Shown: positions 1-9,190, numbered from the stretch's first letter. The stretch: DNA of 64,000 nucleotides from Pseudomonadota bacterium (GCA_043818055.1 JBDRGF010000075.1:1733-65732); one strand, 5' to 3'. Made by a program: numbers and translations. The notes: a model not told the origin generated them from the sequence alone.

Positions 1-32
1 CTAAAAAAATAATTCAAACATTTCTTGATTAC

Positions 33-320
33 TTGCAGAGTAAAATTGCCGTTGAGAAGGTATATCTGTTTGGTTCTTTTGCCTCAGGACGAACGAAAGA
101 GTTTAGTGATATTGATCTTGCAATTATATCAAAAGATTTTAAAAAAATGGAGCCATTTGACCGACTTGTTTTTCTAGGAAAGATAGCGTGGCAGGCTGGC
201 ACACCGATTATTGAAGCTCTCGGTTATACGCCTGAGGAATTTAAATCAAATTCGCCTTTGGAATTTCCAAGCGAAATCAAAAAGACTGGCATTTCTCTTA
301 AAATCAAGCGCGTTGCCTGA
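33..320 (+). CDS. Nucleotidyltransferase-domain protein (MNT/antitoxin-like); TTG start, possibly 5'-partial at the window edge
   Basis: Motif VYLFGSFASGR...SDIDLAI is typical of minimal nucleotidyltransferases. The reading frame stays open to position 3, so the true start may lie upstream of the window. Confidence 0.6.
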   Translation: MQSKIAVEKVYLFGSFASGRTKEFSDIDLAIISKDFKKMEPFDRLVFLGKIAWQAGTPIIEALGYTPEEFKSNSPLEFPSEIKKTGISLKIKRVA

Positions 321-366
321 ATTCTCTTCACTTGATCTTGTTCCAAAACTGTTATAGCCACCTTAT

Positions 367-1512
367 ATGATTCCCAGAGAACAATATGAAAATCTTGAGA
401 AAGAGCTTTTAGCTCCTTACGCGCAGCTATCCTCAAAGAGCCTCGGAAGAGAGCATTCTGAGGATGAATGTCAATTCAGGCCATGTTTCTATCGCGATCT
501 GGGGCGCATCGTCCACTCCGCGGCCTTCAGGCGGCTCGAATATAAAACACAGGTCTTTGTAAATCACGAGGGGGATTATTATCGCACGCGGCTAACCCAC
601 ACGCTGGAGGCGAGCCAGATTTCAAGGGGATTAGCCCGAATTCTAAGGCTAAACGAAGATCTGGCGCAGACCATAGCTTTGGCCCACGATCTTGGCCACT
701 CGCCATTCGGCCATGCCGGCGAAGAGACATTAAATCAGCTCATGAAGAGTGATGGTGGGTTCGAACACAACATTCATAGTTTCAGGGTAGTTACGCACAT
801 CGAGGACAGGTATCCAAATATGAGGGGCTTGAATCTCTCCTACGAGGTGCTCGAGGGGATAGTCAAGCACACGACCGATTACGATAAACCACAAAAAGTC
901 GAAGGTTTTAAGGATGTCGGTTACCCAACGCTGGAAGCGCAGATCGTTAACTTTGCCGACGAGATAGCCTTCATGAACCACGATCTCGACGACGGTATAA
1001 AATGTGGCATGCTCTCGATGGAATCTTTAAAAGAGGTTCCACTCTGGAAAGAGGCGTTTGATTACGTTGAAAAAAATATGCCGACAACTTCAGATAAGAT
1101 AAAAAGGCTTCAGACGATCAGCTGGCTCATCAACGAACTCATCGACGATTTACAGCGCGAGACTAAAAGGCGCATAGAAAAAAATAACATCAGGTCACTA
1201 GCGGATGTAAGAAGCTGCGGCAAGGGTATCGTTTCACACAGCGCTGACATGCAAAAAAAGACGGATGAGATAAAATCATTTCTCTTTAAAAATATGTACA
1301 GGCATCCGAAGGTCGTGGAGATGGCAGAGAGGGCGAAGGAGAGGATCACATTTCTCTTTGAAGCCTATCTCAAAGACCCAAAGCTTATGCCTGATGAGTT
1401 GACGCGGCACATAGATGATGGCAACAAAAAGCGACTCGTGTGCGATTATATAGCGGGCATGACTGATCGCTTCGCTATTCAGGAATATCAAAAGTTGTTT
1501 GACCAGAAATAG
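367..1512 (+). CDS. dgt: dGTPase-like HD-domain deoxynucleoside triphosphate triphosphohydrolase
   Basis: HSAAFRRLEYKTQVF...RTRLTHTLEASQISRGLAR...ALAHDLGHSPFGHAGEE is the canonical Dgt/HD-domain signature. The C-terminus DYIAGMTDRFA matches the family. Confidence 0.85.
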   Translation: MIPREQYENLEKELLAPYAQLSSKSLGREHSEDECQFRPCFYRDLGRIVHSAAFRRLEYKTQVFVNHEGDYYRTRLTHTLEASQISRGLARILRLNEDLAQTIALAHDLGHSPFGHAGEETLNQLMKSDGGFEHNIHSFRVVTHIEDRYPNMRGLNLSYEVLEGIVKHTTDYDKPQKVEGFKDVGYPTLEAQIVNFADEIAFMNHDLDDGIKCGMLSMESLKEVPLWKEAFDYVEKNMPTTSDKIKRLQTISWLINELIDDLQRETKRRIEKNNIRSLADVRSCGKGIVSHSADMQKKTDEIKSFLFKNMYRHPKVVEMAERAKERITFLFEAYLKDPKLMPDELTRHIDDGNKKRLVCDYIAGMTDRFAIQEYQKLFDQK

Positions 1513-1560
1513 CGTGTTTGATAGGTCAGAAGATGACAACTATCTTGGGGGAGGCCTTTT

Positions 1561-2328
1561 GTGACTAAAAACTTTCATATCGGCATCATGGGTAATCTCT
1601 TTTCGGGGAAGACGACTCTCATGAACGCCCTATCTCAGGATCCTTACAAGTCAGATCTCGAAAAACTTCTCGGTTGTGCGACTATGCATACCTTCACTGA
1701 ACGTGTTGAAAAGGGGTCGCTCGCCGATGAATGTCTTGGGCTCTTCTACGAAAACCGGATCGCGAATATCTTCGCGACCGAGACCGCCTTTCTTCATATG
1801 CGCACAATGCAACAGCGCGAAATCCGTCACCTGATGACGCGTCATAATTCAGACGGCGTGTTGATCGTTGAGGACCGCCCGTTTTTGGATGGGCCCGAGG
1901 TCTTCGTAAAGAGGATGATCAAGTCGGGCGAGATGAAGCCGCCACACGCAAAGCTCTATAAGACTATCTTTTATCAAACGCTTTACAATGAGCGGATACG
2001 GCTGCCGGACTTAACTGTCTATCTGCGCTCGGAGCCGGAGTTGCTCGAAAATAGAAGGGCCGAGCGAGCTAAAAATGGCGATGGTTATGCAGGTACCATC
2101 ACGGCCGAATACCTCCACGAAATTCACGACAGCTACGAAGATATCGTCGCTAACTGGAAGAGGACGCTAGTGAGATATCAGGAGCATACTATCGTCCCGC
2201 CCGACGCTGATCTCATAGTCCTTCCGGCCGAGATCGACATGTACGAGCATCCCGATTATGTCCATGTCGCCGCTGGAACGATCAGGGAGAAGGTGAGAAA
2301 GATGATAGCTGCGAGGAGGAACGCATAG
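1561..2328 (+). CDS. Deoxynucleoside kinase family protein (GTG start)
   Basis: P-loop IGIMGNLFSGKTTLMNAL at the N-terminus. Length (255 aa) and DRxxxD/ERS-like motifs fit the dNK/dCK/dGK family. Confidence 0.7.
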   Translation: MTKNFHIGIMGNLFSGKTTLMNALSQDPYKSDLEKLLGCATMHTFTERVEKGSLADECLGLFYENRIANIFATETAFLHMRTMQQREIRHLMTRHNSDGVLIVEDRPFLDGPEVFVKRMIKSGEMKPPHAKLYKTIFYQTLYNERIRLPDLTVYLRSEPELLENRRAERAKNGDGYAGTITAEYLHEIHDSYEDIVANWKRTLVRYQEHTIVPPDADLIVLPAEIDMYEHPDYVHVAAGTIREKVRKMIAARRNA

Positions 2329-3269
2329 TGAATCAATCGCCGCAGATATTGGATGTCGTTGAGGATAAGACCATATTGAGGTATCAGATTCCTCATCGCC
2401 TCACCAGAGTTGTTCGTCGACTCATGAAATATTTTAAGACCAATTCGACGCTCGTCACCTGCATCGGAAACATCGGGGCGGGGAAGAGCTCGCTTGTGAA
2501 GGTGCTCGCATATAACACAGGCATGAATGCCCTCTTCGAACTCCCAGACGAAGGATTCGAAGATCATTTTGTGCACAACGAATCGCTCTCTCCTCTATTG
2601 GCAACCGCGAAGAATACCGCAAAGCGCACACTCGGACGATACTACGGGGCGATAAATTCGTTCATCGAATGTCAGAGTAAGGAAACCGATGATAATCATG
2701 CCTGGAAGATCGCAAAGGAGAATCTTGAAAATGCCGCGCTCGATATTCAACACGCCTATCTCGATTTAAGAAAGATGCAGCTGCAGACGGTAACGAGTTT
2801 AGAGCGATCCACATGCATAGATGGATCGTCGCTCGCAGACCGCTATGCCTTCTGTGAGGTTCTTCATAAAGATATGGATGTTCCATACCTCACCCAAGAG
2901 GGCGTGAGAGTTGTAGATGAAAGGCTGGAAAATGAATTCAAGTCGCTTGTCCAGCCGGGGCTTGTAATCTTTCTTCACGGCCCGACTGAATATCTCTTTC
3001 AGAATATCAGGGAGCGAGCGAGAAACGAAGAAAAGTCAGCCTCAGTTGTTTCGAATGAAGATATTCCGGAAGGTTTGTCGCGTCTGGTTAGATCGCTCAA
3101 CAACCGTTACGATAATTTTGTCGACACTGTTCGTGAGACGGGATGGTACACTGGGCCGGTATTGAAGGTCGATGTCTCAAAGATAGACTTCATCTCAAAC
3201 GTAAAACACCTGATCGCAGTATATGAAGGAATAGAAAAGCTGCTGATTCCGGAAGATTTTAAGATATAA
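2328..3269 (+). CDS. Deoxynucleoside kinase-like P-loop protein, paralog with N- and C-terminal extensions
   Basis: P-loop CIGNIGAGKSSLVKVLA with a dNK-like core. The start overlaps the upstream stop by 1 nt, consistent with translational coupling. Confidence 0.55.
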   Translation: MNQSPQILDVVEDKTILRYQIPHRLTRVVRRLMKYFKTNSTLVTCIGNIGAGKSSLVKVLAYNTGMNALFELPDEGFEDHFVHNESLSPLLATAKNTAKRTLGRYYGAINSFIECQSKETDDNHAWKIAKENLENAALDIQHAYLDLRKMQLQTVTSLERSTCIDGSSLADRYAFCEVLHKDMDVPYLTQEGVRVVDERLENEFKSLVQPGLVIFLHGPTEYLFQNIRERARNEEKSASVVSNEDIPEGLSRLVRSLNNRYDNFVDTVRETGWYTGPVLKVDVSKIDFISNVKHLIAVYEGIEKLLIPEDFKI

Positions 3270-3339
3270 AATAGGCTATCGATTATTGGTAATTATTTTT
3301 TATTAATTGGAAATTGAATATTGTTAATTGATTATTGCT

Positions 3340-3879
3340 TTACTCTGATTCTTCAAATGTTTCTTCTTTGATCTCATGCTTATCGAGGGCATGTAATATA
3401 TCCTTCTGAATAATTTCATATGTGGCATGCCTGATGGTTCCATCTTCCATCGCATGCTTGTAAATCTCATCGCCTCCGTTGCCTGCCATGTTGATGATCT
3501 CCTGCGGTTTTACATCTTCCACGTGTTCAGCGTGCAAATCTCTTCCGTCGCCGTTGGGATTTTTAAAATCTACCTTGAGGCCCTGCAAAATCAACATTCC
3601 TTTCAGGTTATGACTGATCTGTTCTCTGGTCGGTGTTGTTTGCATTCCATGATCGGAGAGGAAAAGGTGATGGATCTCACCCTTTATTTCAACGGAGCTG
3701 TGGTCGCTTATTTCCTTTGATGGCGCTGCGCTGATGATGATTTGATAATTTCCATATTTCGCATGCACATTGAATACATGCGTTGTTCCCGGTTGCATAT
3801 GGCTAAACGCCTCGATTTTTTTCTCGAGCTCATCCATAAATCTTCTTTTTCCGTTGTTATTGTTTGTTTCTTTTCTCAT
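3340..3879 (-). CDS. Hypothetical protein (179 aa), preceded by a sigma-54 promoter
   Basis: Clean ORF with no recognisable domain. A perfect -24/-12 element lies about 40 nt upstream on the minus strand. Confidence 0.5.
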   Translation of the reverse strand: MRKETNNNNGKRRFMDELEKKIEAFSHMQPGTTHVFNVHAKYGNYQIIISAAPSKEISDHSSVEIKGEIHHLFLSDHGMQTTPTREQISHNLKGMLILQGLKVDFKNPNGDGRDLHAEHVEDVKPQEIINMAGNGGDEIYKHAMEDGTIRHATYEIIQKDILHALDKHEIKEETFEESE

Positions 3880-3919
3880 CGTTTCCCCCTTCAGGATGGT
3901 CTTCTATGACTAAAAAAAA

Positions 3920-3934
3920 GCAAGTTTTGTGCCA
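3920..3934 (-). promoter_or_regulatory. Sigma-54 (RpoN) -24/-12 promoter TGGCAC-N5-TTGCT, minus strand, driving the 3340..3879 gene
   Basis: The reverse complement of 3920-3934 reads TGGCACAAAACTTGC(T), an exact match to the consensus TGGCAC-N5-TTGCW. It sits about 40 nt upstream of the start codon at 3879. Confidence 0.6.
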
Positions 3935-4269
3935 CATTTATTTTGACCCTATTTAGCGTCTAACTAGTTGAAATTGCGTATAGCGCCCTCTGCTTGAAGT
4001 GAGTAAGTGCCGTGTTTTTTGACATGTGAAGCACGATCTTTTGACGGCCGTGCCCATCATGAGATTTAGATAAGTTCGATGATCAGATGATTTAAGCGAT
4101 TTGGTGTTCTTTCGATCCGATGAGGAAGTTTATAGAAATTTTGCATAGGAAATTTTTAGCGTCAAAATATTGTTATGAAGTGTCAAATTCTTAGTCTCTC
4201 GCAGCACGTAGAAAAATAAACAATTCATAAAATTCAACTGGTTACAGAATCAAGACAAGGAAATCTGAG

Positions 4270-4285
4270 TGGCATGGAAAATGCT
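4270..4285 (+). promoter_or_regulatory. Weak sigma-54-like element TGGCAT-N5-ATGCT upstream of the 4329 gene
   Basis: tGGcat-ggaaa-atGCt keeps the GG/GC dinucleotides at the correct spacing but has mismatches. It lies about 45 nt upstream of the ATG. Confidence 0.25.
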
Positions 4286-4328
4286 ATATCCATTGTATAG
4301 TTAATTATCAATTTTTAGGGGGATTAAT

Positions 4329-6983
4329 ATGAAGAATAAAATCAGGGCATTGCTTGTGTTGTTATCCATTTTTGCATCGATGAGCCTGATAGAGATCGCT
4401 CATGCTCAGGTTGAAGCAGTCTCATTTATTTTTGAAAATCCTGAAGTCAGGTGGGTTAGAGAGGAATTATGTTTTAGTTGGAACGGTGATATCGTCAGGG
4501 AGAATGATCCAAATATTGAGACCATTTTTGGTATTGGTTACAAGGTGCTCAACGCATATGGAGAACAGATTTTGGTAGGGGAAGCACGGGAACGCGAACT
4601 TTGTTTTCCTCTGTTTGAGCAAAATCCAAGGACTGCACAGAGCGGTAGGTTTGTTCTGACTGTTGATTTCATCGGTGTGCATAGGGAAAAGGGAGAGAAT
4701 GTGGTTGTGGCGAAGGTCGAAAAGGTATTCAATGTTGACATTTCGCCACCCCCTCCATCTGAGATTGTCGAGCTACGTGCGAATCCGTTTGAACTCATCT
4801 GCACCAAAGTAATTGATGAAAATAGCGGATTTTGGAAGCCGATAATCAATCTATCAACGGTCTCTAAAAGGTCATTTTTTTCACAAGCTCAACTCTCATT
4901 CATCGAGGAACCATTCAAATGGGAGCTTACAGAGGATGGCAGATTTTTGAAGCTCAAATTGACAGGTGAAGATTTTCAAAAACTGCTTAACGAGGCCTCC
5001 ATCACCGAACTTGATTCGAGAATTTACCTAAATGTCGCGGCAATGGATTTTGCAAAGAATCCATCACAAACGGTAGCGATAGAGGTAAAAGAGGATGTGC
5101 TCATGGCGTTAGGGGTGATAACTCCTCCAGCCCCAGCGCCTGTAGCAGTAGTACAAACTACTCCAGCTCCAACACTTTCTCCAGCGCCAGCTCCTAAGCC
5201 TGTTGTTCCGACACAGACAACAACTTATACGCCACCGCCTGCGGTAACGCAGGTAACAAAGCCACCAGTGGTAGTGCAGCCGACTCAGGCCCCAACACCA
5301 CCCCCAGCCCCTGTCCCAACCCAGACGACGACATATACACCGCCGCCAGCTGTTCCTATAGTGACACCGGTTCCAGCGCCTACAAATGTGGTTCAACCAT
5401 CTCCAGCGCCTTCTGTTCCGCTTGTCGTTCAACAGCCAGCGCCGAGTGCACCTGTGGGAGTAGCAACTCAGACACCTGCAACTCAAAATACGGTTGTCGA
5501 AAGTGGAACTGGAGAAGAAACATCGAGTTCCGGCAAAGTAGGAATGTCTGTGCAAGTTCCCACTGCTCCGATTGAAGTGACACCTGTAAACCCAGAGGAT
5601 GGCAAGGTCTCAACTGCTGTTCCTTCTTCAAATTTAAACTTAGTTCAGACGGCTCCAACGGCAACATCCACGGTAGAAGTTAAACCACCAACAATGCAAG
5701 TAGAGCCAAAATCGGCACCTATTCCGGAACCTATTATTGTTGAAGCGCCACTAGCTGCCAACATCTTCACTCCTGATATTCCAGATTCCATGTTGGCAAA
5801 GAACATAATTGATGTACCACCTCCCACAATGGAAGAAATAGCGCCCTCAATTGGAACGATCAATCCTCCAACAGGAGTCATTGCCAAGCCAGCACCTTTG
5901 GAAGAGCCTCCTTCTCAAATGAGTGTTGTTAGTGTACCACCTCCGAAGACACCGGTAACTGTTGTCGAAAAGCCAGCCGAAGAGGCCGGCACATTTTCTA
6001 CGGGTATGGAGACCCCTGTTGTTCCTGCGCCAGCGCCGGAGGTTGGTAAGATGACAGCAGCAACATCTGTAGCCGAACCTGAACCAGTTGTTTCAGAGGT
6101 GGCTACATTTTCTCAGGCAACACTGGAACCAGTTGTTCCAGAGAAGACGCTGGAAGTTAGTGAAGTGACAACCGAAACCTCTGTAGAAGAACCAGCCCCA
6201 GTTGTTTCAGAGGCGGTCACATTTTCTCAGGCAACACCGGAACCAGTTATTCCAGAGAAGACGCTGGAAGTTAGTGAAGTGACAACCGAAACCTCTGTAG
6301 AAGAACCAGCCCCAGTTGTTTCAGAGATGGCCATATTTTCTCAGACAACGCCCGAACCGGTTGTTGCAGAGCCAGCGCCGGAGGTTGGAAAGATTACAAC
6401 GGCAACCTCTGTGGCTGAACCAGCACCAGTTGTTTCTCAAATGATAACAGAACAAACAGCCACATCTAATGTACCAGCTACTATACATGTAGTGACGGCA
6501 GAAACAAAAATTGTGCAGGTTGAACCTGAAGTAAAGATAGAGGAGGGCAAAGAGGATTTAGGATCGTTTGAACAGGGAATAGAGACTCCAAAATTTGAGG
6601 AACAGAAAGTAGAAGAAAAACCGGAGGAGACAAAATCGTTCACGCAGGGCATGCCACTTCCGACTACACCTCTTCCTCCTTCAGAGCCTGAAAAGCTGAC
6701 TCATACGGAAGTACCCCCATCTCAGGAAACCATTGCAAAAGCCGGTGAGTTGACACCGCCCAGTGATATGACAGTTGATGAACAAGCCCCTGAGGGCGGC
6801 ATATCGGAGTTTTTAGGAATGGGCGGAGGAGGAAAGTGTTCGCTCACCCCTAATGGCGAAGCCACGAATTCGATGGAGCTGATATTTTTAGCCTTTGGCA
6901 TGCTGATAATTATTGCAGCCAAATTTAAGCCGGTCGAAGTAATAATTAGAAAGTTGTCTGTACGAAAACTCCGAAGGAAGTAG
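4329..6983 (+). CDS. Secreted Pro/Thr/Val/Glu-rich surface protein (884 aa) with signal peptide, tandem 38-aa repeats and a C-terminal TM anchor with basic tail
   Basis: N-terminal signal peptide MKNKIRALLVLLSIFASMSLIEIAHA. About 220 aa are globular, followed by a long PAPAP/TQTTTYTPPPAV low-complexity stalk. The C-terminus is GGGGKCSLTPNG + hydrophobic helix + RKLSVRKLRRK. Confidence 0.8.
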   Translation: MKNKIRALLVLLSIFASMSLIEIAHAQVEAVSFIFENPEVRWVREELCFSWNGDIVRENDPNIETIFGIGYKVLNAYGEQILVGEARERELCFPLFEQNPRTAQSGRFVLTVDFIGVHREKGENVVVAKVEKVFNVDISPPPPSEIVELRANPFELICTKVIDENSGFWKPIINLSTVSKRSFFSQAQLSFIEEPFKWELTEDGRFLKLKLTGEDFQKLLNEASITELDSRIYLNVAAMDFAKNPSQTVAIEVKEDVLMALGVITPPAPAPVAVVQTTPAPTLSPAPAPKPVVPTQTTTYTPPPAVTQVTKPPVVVQPTQAPTPPPAPVPTQTTTYTPPPAVPIVTPVPAPTNVVQPSPAPSVPLVVQQPAPSAPVGVATQTPATQNTVVESGTGEETSSSGKVGMSVQVPTAPIEVTPVNPEDGKVSTAVPSSNLNLVQTAPTATSTVEVKPPTMQVEPKSAPIPEPIIVEAPLAANIFTPDIPDSMLAKNIIDVPPPTMEEIAPSIGTINPPTGVIAKPAPLEEPPSQMSVVSVPPPKTPVTVVEKPAEEAGTFSTGMETPVVPAPAPEVGKMTAATSVAEPEPVVSEVATFSQATLEPVVPEKTLEVSEVTTETSVEEPAPVVSEAVTFSQATPEPVIPEKTLEVSEVTTETSVEEPAPVVSEMAIFSQTTPEPVVAEPAPEVGKITTATSVAEPAPVVSQMITEQTATSNVPATIHVVTAETKIVQVEPEVKIEEGKEDLGSFEQGIETPKFEEQKVEEKPEETKSFTQGMPLPTTPLPPSEPEKLTHTEVPPSQETIAKAGELTPPSDMTVDEQAPEGGISEFLGMGGGGKCSLTPNGEATNSMELIFLAFGMLIIIAAKFKPVEVIIRKLSVRKLRRK
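6084..6425 (+). repeat. Three tandem copies of a 114-nt (38-aa) coding repeat inside the surface-protein gene
   Basis: ccagttgtttcagag...gaagaaccagcc units begin at 6084, 6198 and 6312 with period 114 nt and more than 90% nucleotide identity. Related flanking half-repeats sit at about 6031 and 6370. Confidence 0.85.
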
Positions 6984-7128
6984 CTTTAACTCGCATTTTT
7001 CACAACCTTGTAAAAATTTATCGGGTTAAACTTGATTTATTTCTACCCTACCTATCAGCCTAAACACCTACAGTCTATCCACCTAAATAATTATTATTAC
7101 ATAATTCCTTGCAAATTATCCCCAAGTA

Positions 7129-8349
7129 TTGAAAATACGGTTGGAATATGGAGGATTGATGGGGCTCATTTCGAGAATTTCAATAAGCGACATTTTAGAC
7201 ATCATAATTGTATCGACATTGATATATCTAGCGCTCAGCTGGTTCAAAAAGACTCGTGCGGCTTTTGTACTCATAGGGATATTTCTCGTAGGAGTTGTAT
7301 ATATAGCAGCAAGGCATTTCGGACTCTTTCTCACCACTTCAATATTACAGGGCTTTTTCGCCGTCTTGCTCGTCGCGCTTGTAGTAATTTTTCAGGAGGA
7401 GTTGAGGCACTTTTTTGAGAGGCTCGCAGTTTGGGGATTGAGGCGAAGGCAAAGATATATGGATATCTCACCACTCGTAGGCGAGATTGTGAGATCGGTG
7501 GCCGATTTTATAAGGGAGAGAACGGGAGCTCTTTTCGTCATCGTCGGAAGAGATCCTGTCGATCGCCATCTCGAGGGTGGATATGATCTCGATGGTATTC
7601 CAACAACCTCACTCTTCAAGAGCATCTTTGATCCTCACTCTGTCGGTCATGATGGGGCGGTTGTTATCGAAAACGAGCGAATTAAATGTTTCGCTGCCCA
7701 TCTTCCACTCTCAAAGAATCTACAGAAGATAGCCGACTATGGAACTCGTCATACGGCAGCTTTGGGTCTTTCTGAACGCTGTGACGCCTTGTGTATAGTC
7801 GTCTCCGAGGAGAGAGGGCGCGTGTCGATTGCAAGAGATGGCAATTTAAGAGAGGTTGGAGATCTGGAGAGGTTAGGGCCGATCGTCACAAGGTTTATGA
7901 AGGAAAAATTTCCTCAAGGGAAAGAGAGTATTTGGAAGAGAGTATTCGGAAAGAACTGGAAGGAGAAGATGATAGCTCTGGCTTTGGGTATCGTCCTGTG
8001 GCTTTTGTTTGCACAGCCATCCGAAGTCTTTGTGAAGGATTTCGAAGTCCCGATTGAATATATAAACCTACCTCATGATTATGTTCTCGATAAGGTCGAA
8101 CCGAAAAAATTACAGGTGACGTTATCTGGAGATGTGAGGGCGTTCGATATTTTTAACACTGATTCTCTCAAAGCTGTGCTGGATCTTTCAAAGATCAAGA
8201 TTGGAAAGCAGAACGTCAAGATCCGGGAAAATATGTTCGAGCTGCCAAGGCAGATCAAACTGAGAAGCGTCGATCCCAACGAGGTCGATATCAAAGCAAG
8301 CCTGAAACCTCCAATCGAACCGGAAAAAGAGAAGGAGACCGCAAAATAA
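7129..8349 (+). CDS. cdaA: Diadenylate cyclase CdaA (DAC domain) fused to a C-terminal YbbR/CdaR-like domain
   Basis: N-terminal TM helices, then the DAC motifs HDGAVVIENERI and YGTRHTAALGLSERCDALCIVVSEERGRVSIA (DGA / GTRHxAA). The roughly 150-aa C-terminal extension has YbbR-like beta-repeats. An alternative start exists at 7159. Confidence 0.8.
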   Translation: MKIRLEYGGLMGLISRISISDILDIIIVSTLIYLALSWFKKTRAAFVLIGIFLVGVVYIAARHFGLFLTTSILQGFFAVLLVALVVIFQEELRHFFERLAVWGLRRRQRYMDISPLVGEIVRSVADFIRERTGALFVIVGRDPVDRHLEGGYDLDGIPTTSLFKSIFDPHSVGHDGAVVIENERIKCFAAHLPLSKNLQKIADYGTRHTAALGLSERCDALCIVVSEERGRVSIARDGNLREVGDLERLGPIVTRFMKEKFPQGKESIWKRVFGKNWKEKMIALALGIVLWLLFAQPSEVFVKDFEVPIEYINLPHDYVLDKVEPKKLQVTLSGDVRAFDIFNTDSLKAVLDLSKIKIGKQNVKIRENMFELPRQIKLRSVDPNEVDIKASLKPPIEPEKEKETAK

Positions 8350-8361
8350 GAGTAAGGTGTT

Positions 8362-9129
8362 TTAGCTTTTAATGTTTTTTCTCAGAACTTCAAAGGCAGA
8401 CAACTTTCCATAACAGACCAAAACGCAGGAGTCAGGAATTTTTGTGCTTGCCGGAGGAAGCGACATAAGCCCTTTAGAATCTTCGAGAGATAAGACCATG
8501 ATCTTGCGTTCTCTCAGGCCCGATTCCATCAACGTCTTTCCCGCCAGTGGGGAAAATTCATCGACGGTCAATTTTACAATACCATAGTTATTTTTTTGAT
8601 TTAAGAGCTGTTCAAGATTTGTATATTGCAGATCGGTTACCTGTGTCAGTTTTCTCTTTGCCCATTTATTCAAACCGTTGTTGAACCTTGCGAACCTTGA
8701 AAGGAAATTTATCAGGGCTACGACTCCTATTACGGTCAATATGGTGAATCCTGAGCTTGAAAATTTTCCCCCACCCAGAGATACGATGAATGTGGCGAGA
8801 ACAGAAACGATACCTGCGTTTCCGAGTATGATGAGATAGGTGATGATCTTTCGTCTCTTGGGATGATGGAGGATCATCTCAGATTCCCTAGTCGTAAAGC
8901 CTGTGCTGGAAAATGCTGAAAGCGCCTGAAACCGAGCGACATCCTGAGGCAGCCCCGTGAGCTCGAGGGCGATTCCCCCGAGTTTTACGATCGTGTATGA
9001 AAGAATTATAAAGAGGCCTAATAGTATTAAACTCATATTTCGCAGTCTAACATGATTTTGTTTTGAAAACAATGTGGATTCCAAAATCCTGGATCGGAAT
9101 CCGGGATTTTGGACAAAATTTTTCATCAT
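8362..9129 (-). CDS. Potassium-channel-like membrane protein with a C-terminal TrkA-C (RCK_C) domain
   Basis: Two TM helices flank a pore-like segment SAFSSTGFTT. The C-terminal part resembles TrkA-C. The likely true start is the internal Met at 9036 (MSLILLGLF...), which leaves the upstream palindromic sites non-coding. Confidence 0.55.
   Translation of the reverse strand: MMKNFVQNPGFRSRILESTLFSKQNHVRLRNMSLILLGLFIILSYTIVKLGGIALELTGLPQDVARFQALSAFSSTGFTTRESEMILHHPKRRKIITYLIILGNAGIVSVLATFIVSLGGGKFSSSGFTILTVIGVVALINFLSRFARFNNGLNKWAKRKLTQVTDLQYTNLEQLLNQKNNYGIVKLTVDEFSPLAGKTLMESGLRERKIMVLSLEDSKGLMSLPPASTKIPDSCVLVCYGKLSAFEVLRKNIKS
9080..9113. promoter_or_regulatory. Pair of 14-bp palindromic sites (consensus TCCAGGATTTTGGA) 20 bp apart, about 80-110 bp upstream of the sigma-54 promoter; putative enhancer-binding-protein UAS
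   Basis: tccaaaatcctgga (9080-9093) and tccgggattttgga (9100-9113) are near reverse complements of each other. The same motif pair recurs at 19561-19594 upstream of the second sigma-54 promoter. Confidence 0.5.
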
Positions 9130-9190
9130 AAATATACTAGAAAAAAATCGACCTGTTTATATTTCAACAACTTAATTCCCAAAACAACTT

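Noticed and set aside
224-436. 70-aa minus-strand ORF overlapping the MNT gene end and the dgt start
   Set aside because: It overlaps two well-supported plus-strand genes and has no RBS or domain. A HEPN partner for the MNT protein was looked for but not found.
5109-5555. 148-aa Arg/Trp/Cys-rich minus-strand ORF
   Set aside because: It is the antisense frame of the Pro/Thr-rich repeat region of the 4329..6983 gene. Its composition (R, W, C) is what reverse-reading GC-rich Pro/Ala/Thr codons produces. It has no RBS and lies entirely inside a much better-supported CDS.
6031-6425. Regular 114-nt tandem repeats as a possible CRISPR array
   Set aside because: The repeats are in frame within a CDS and encode a 38-aa protein repeat. 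The spacing is not repeat/unique-spacer alternation and no cas genes are present. No CRISPR array was seen anywhere in the window.
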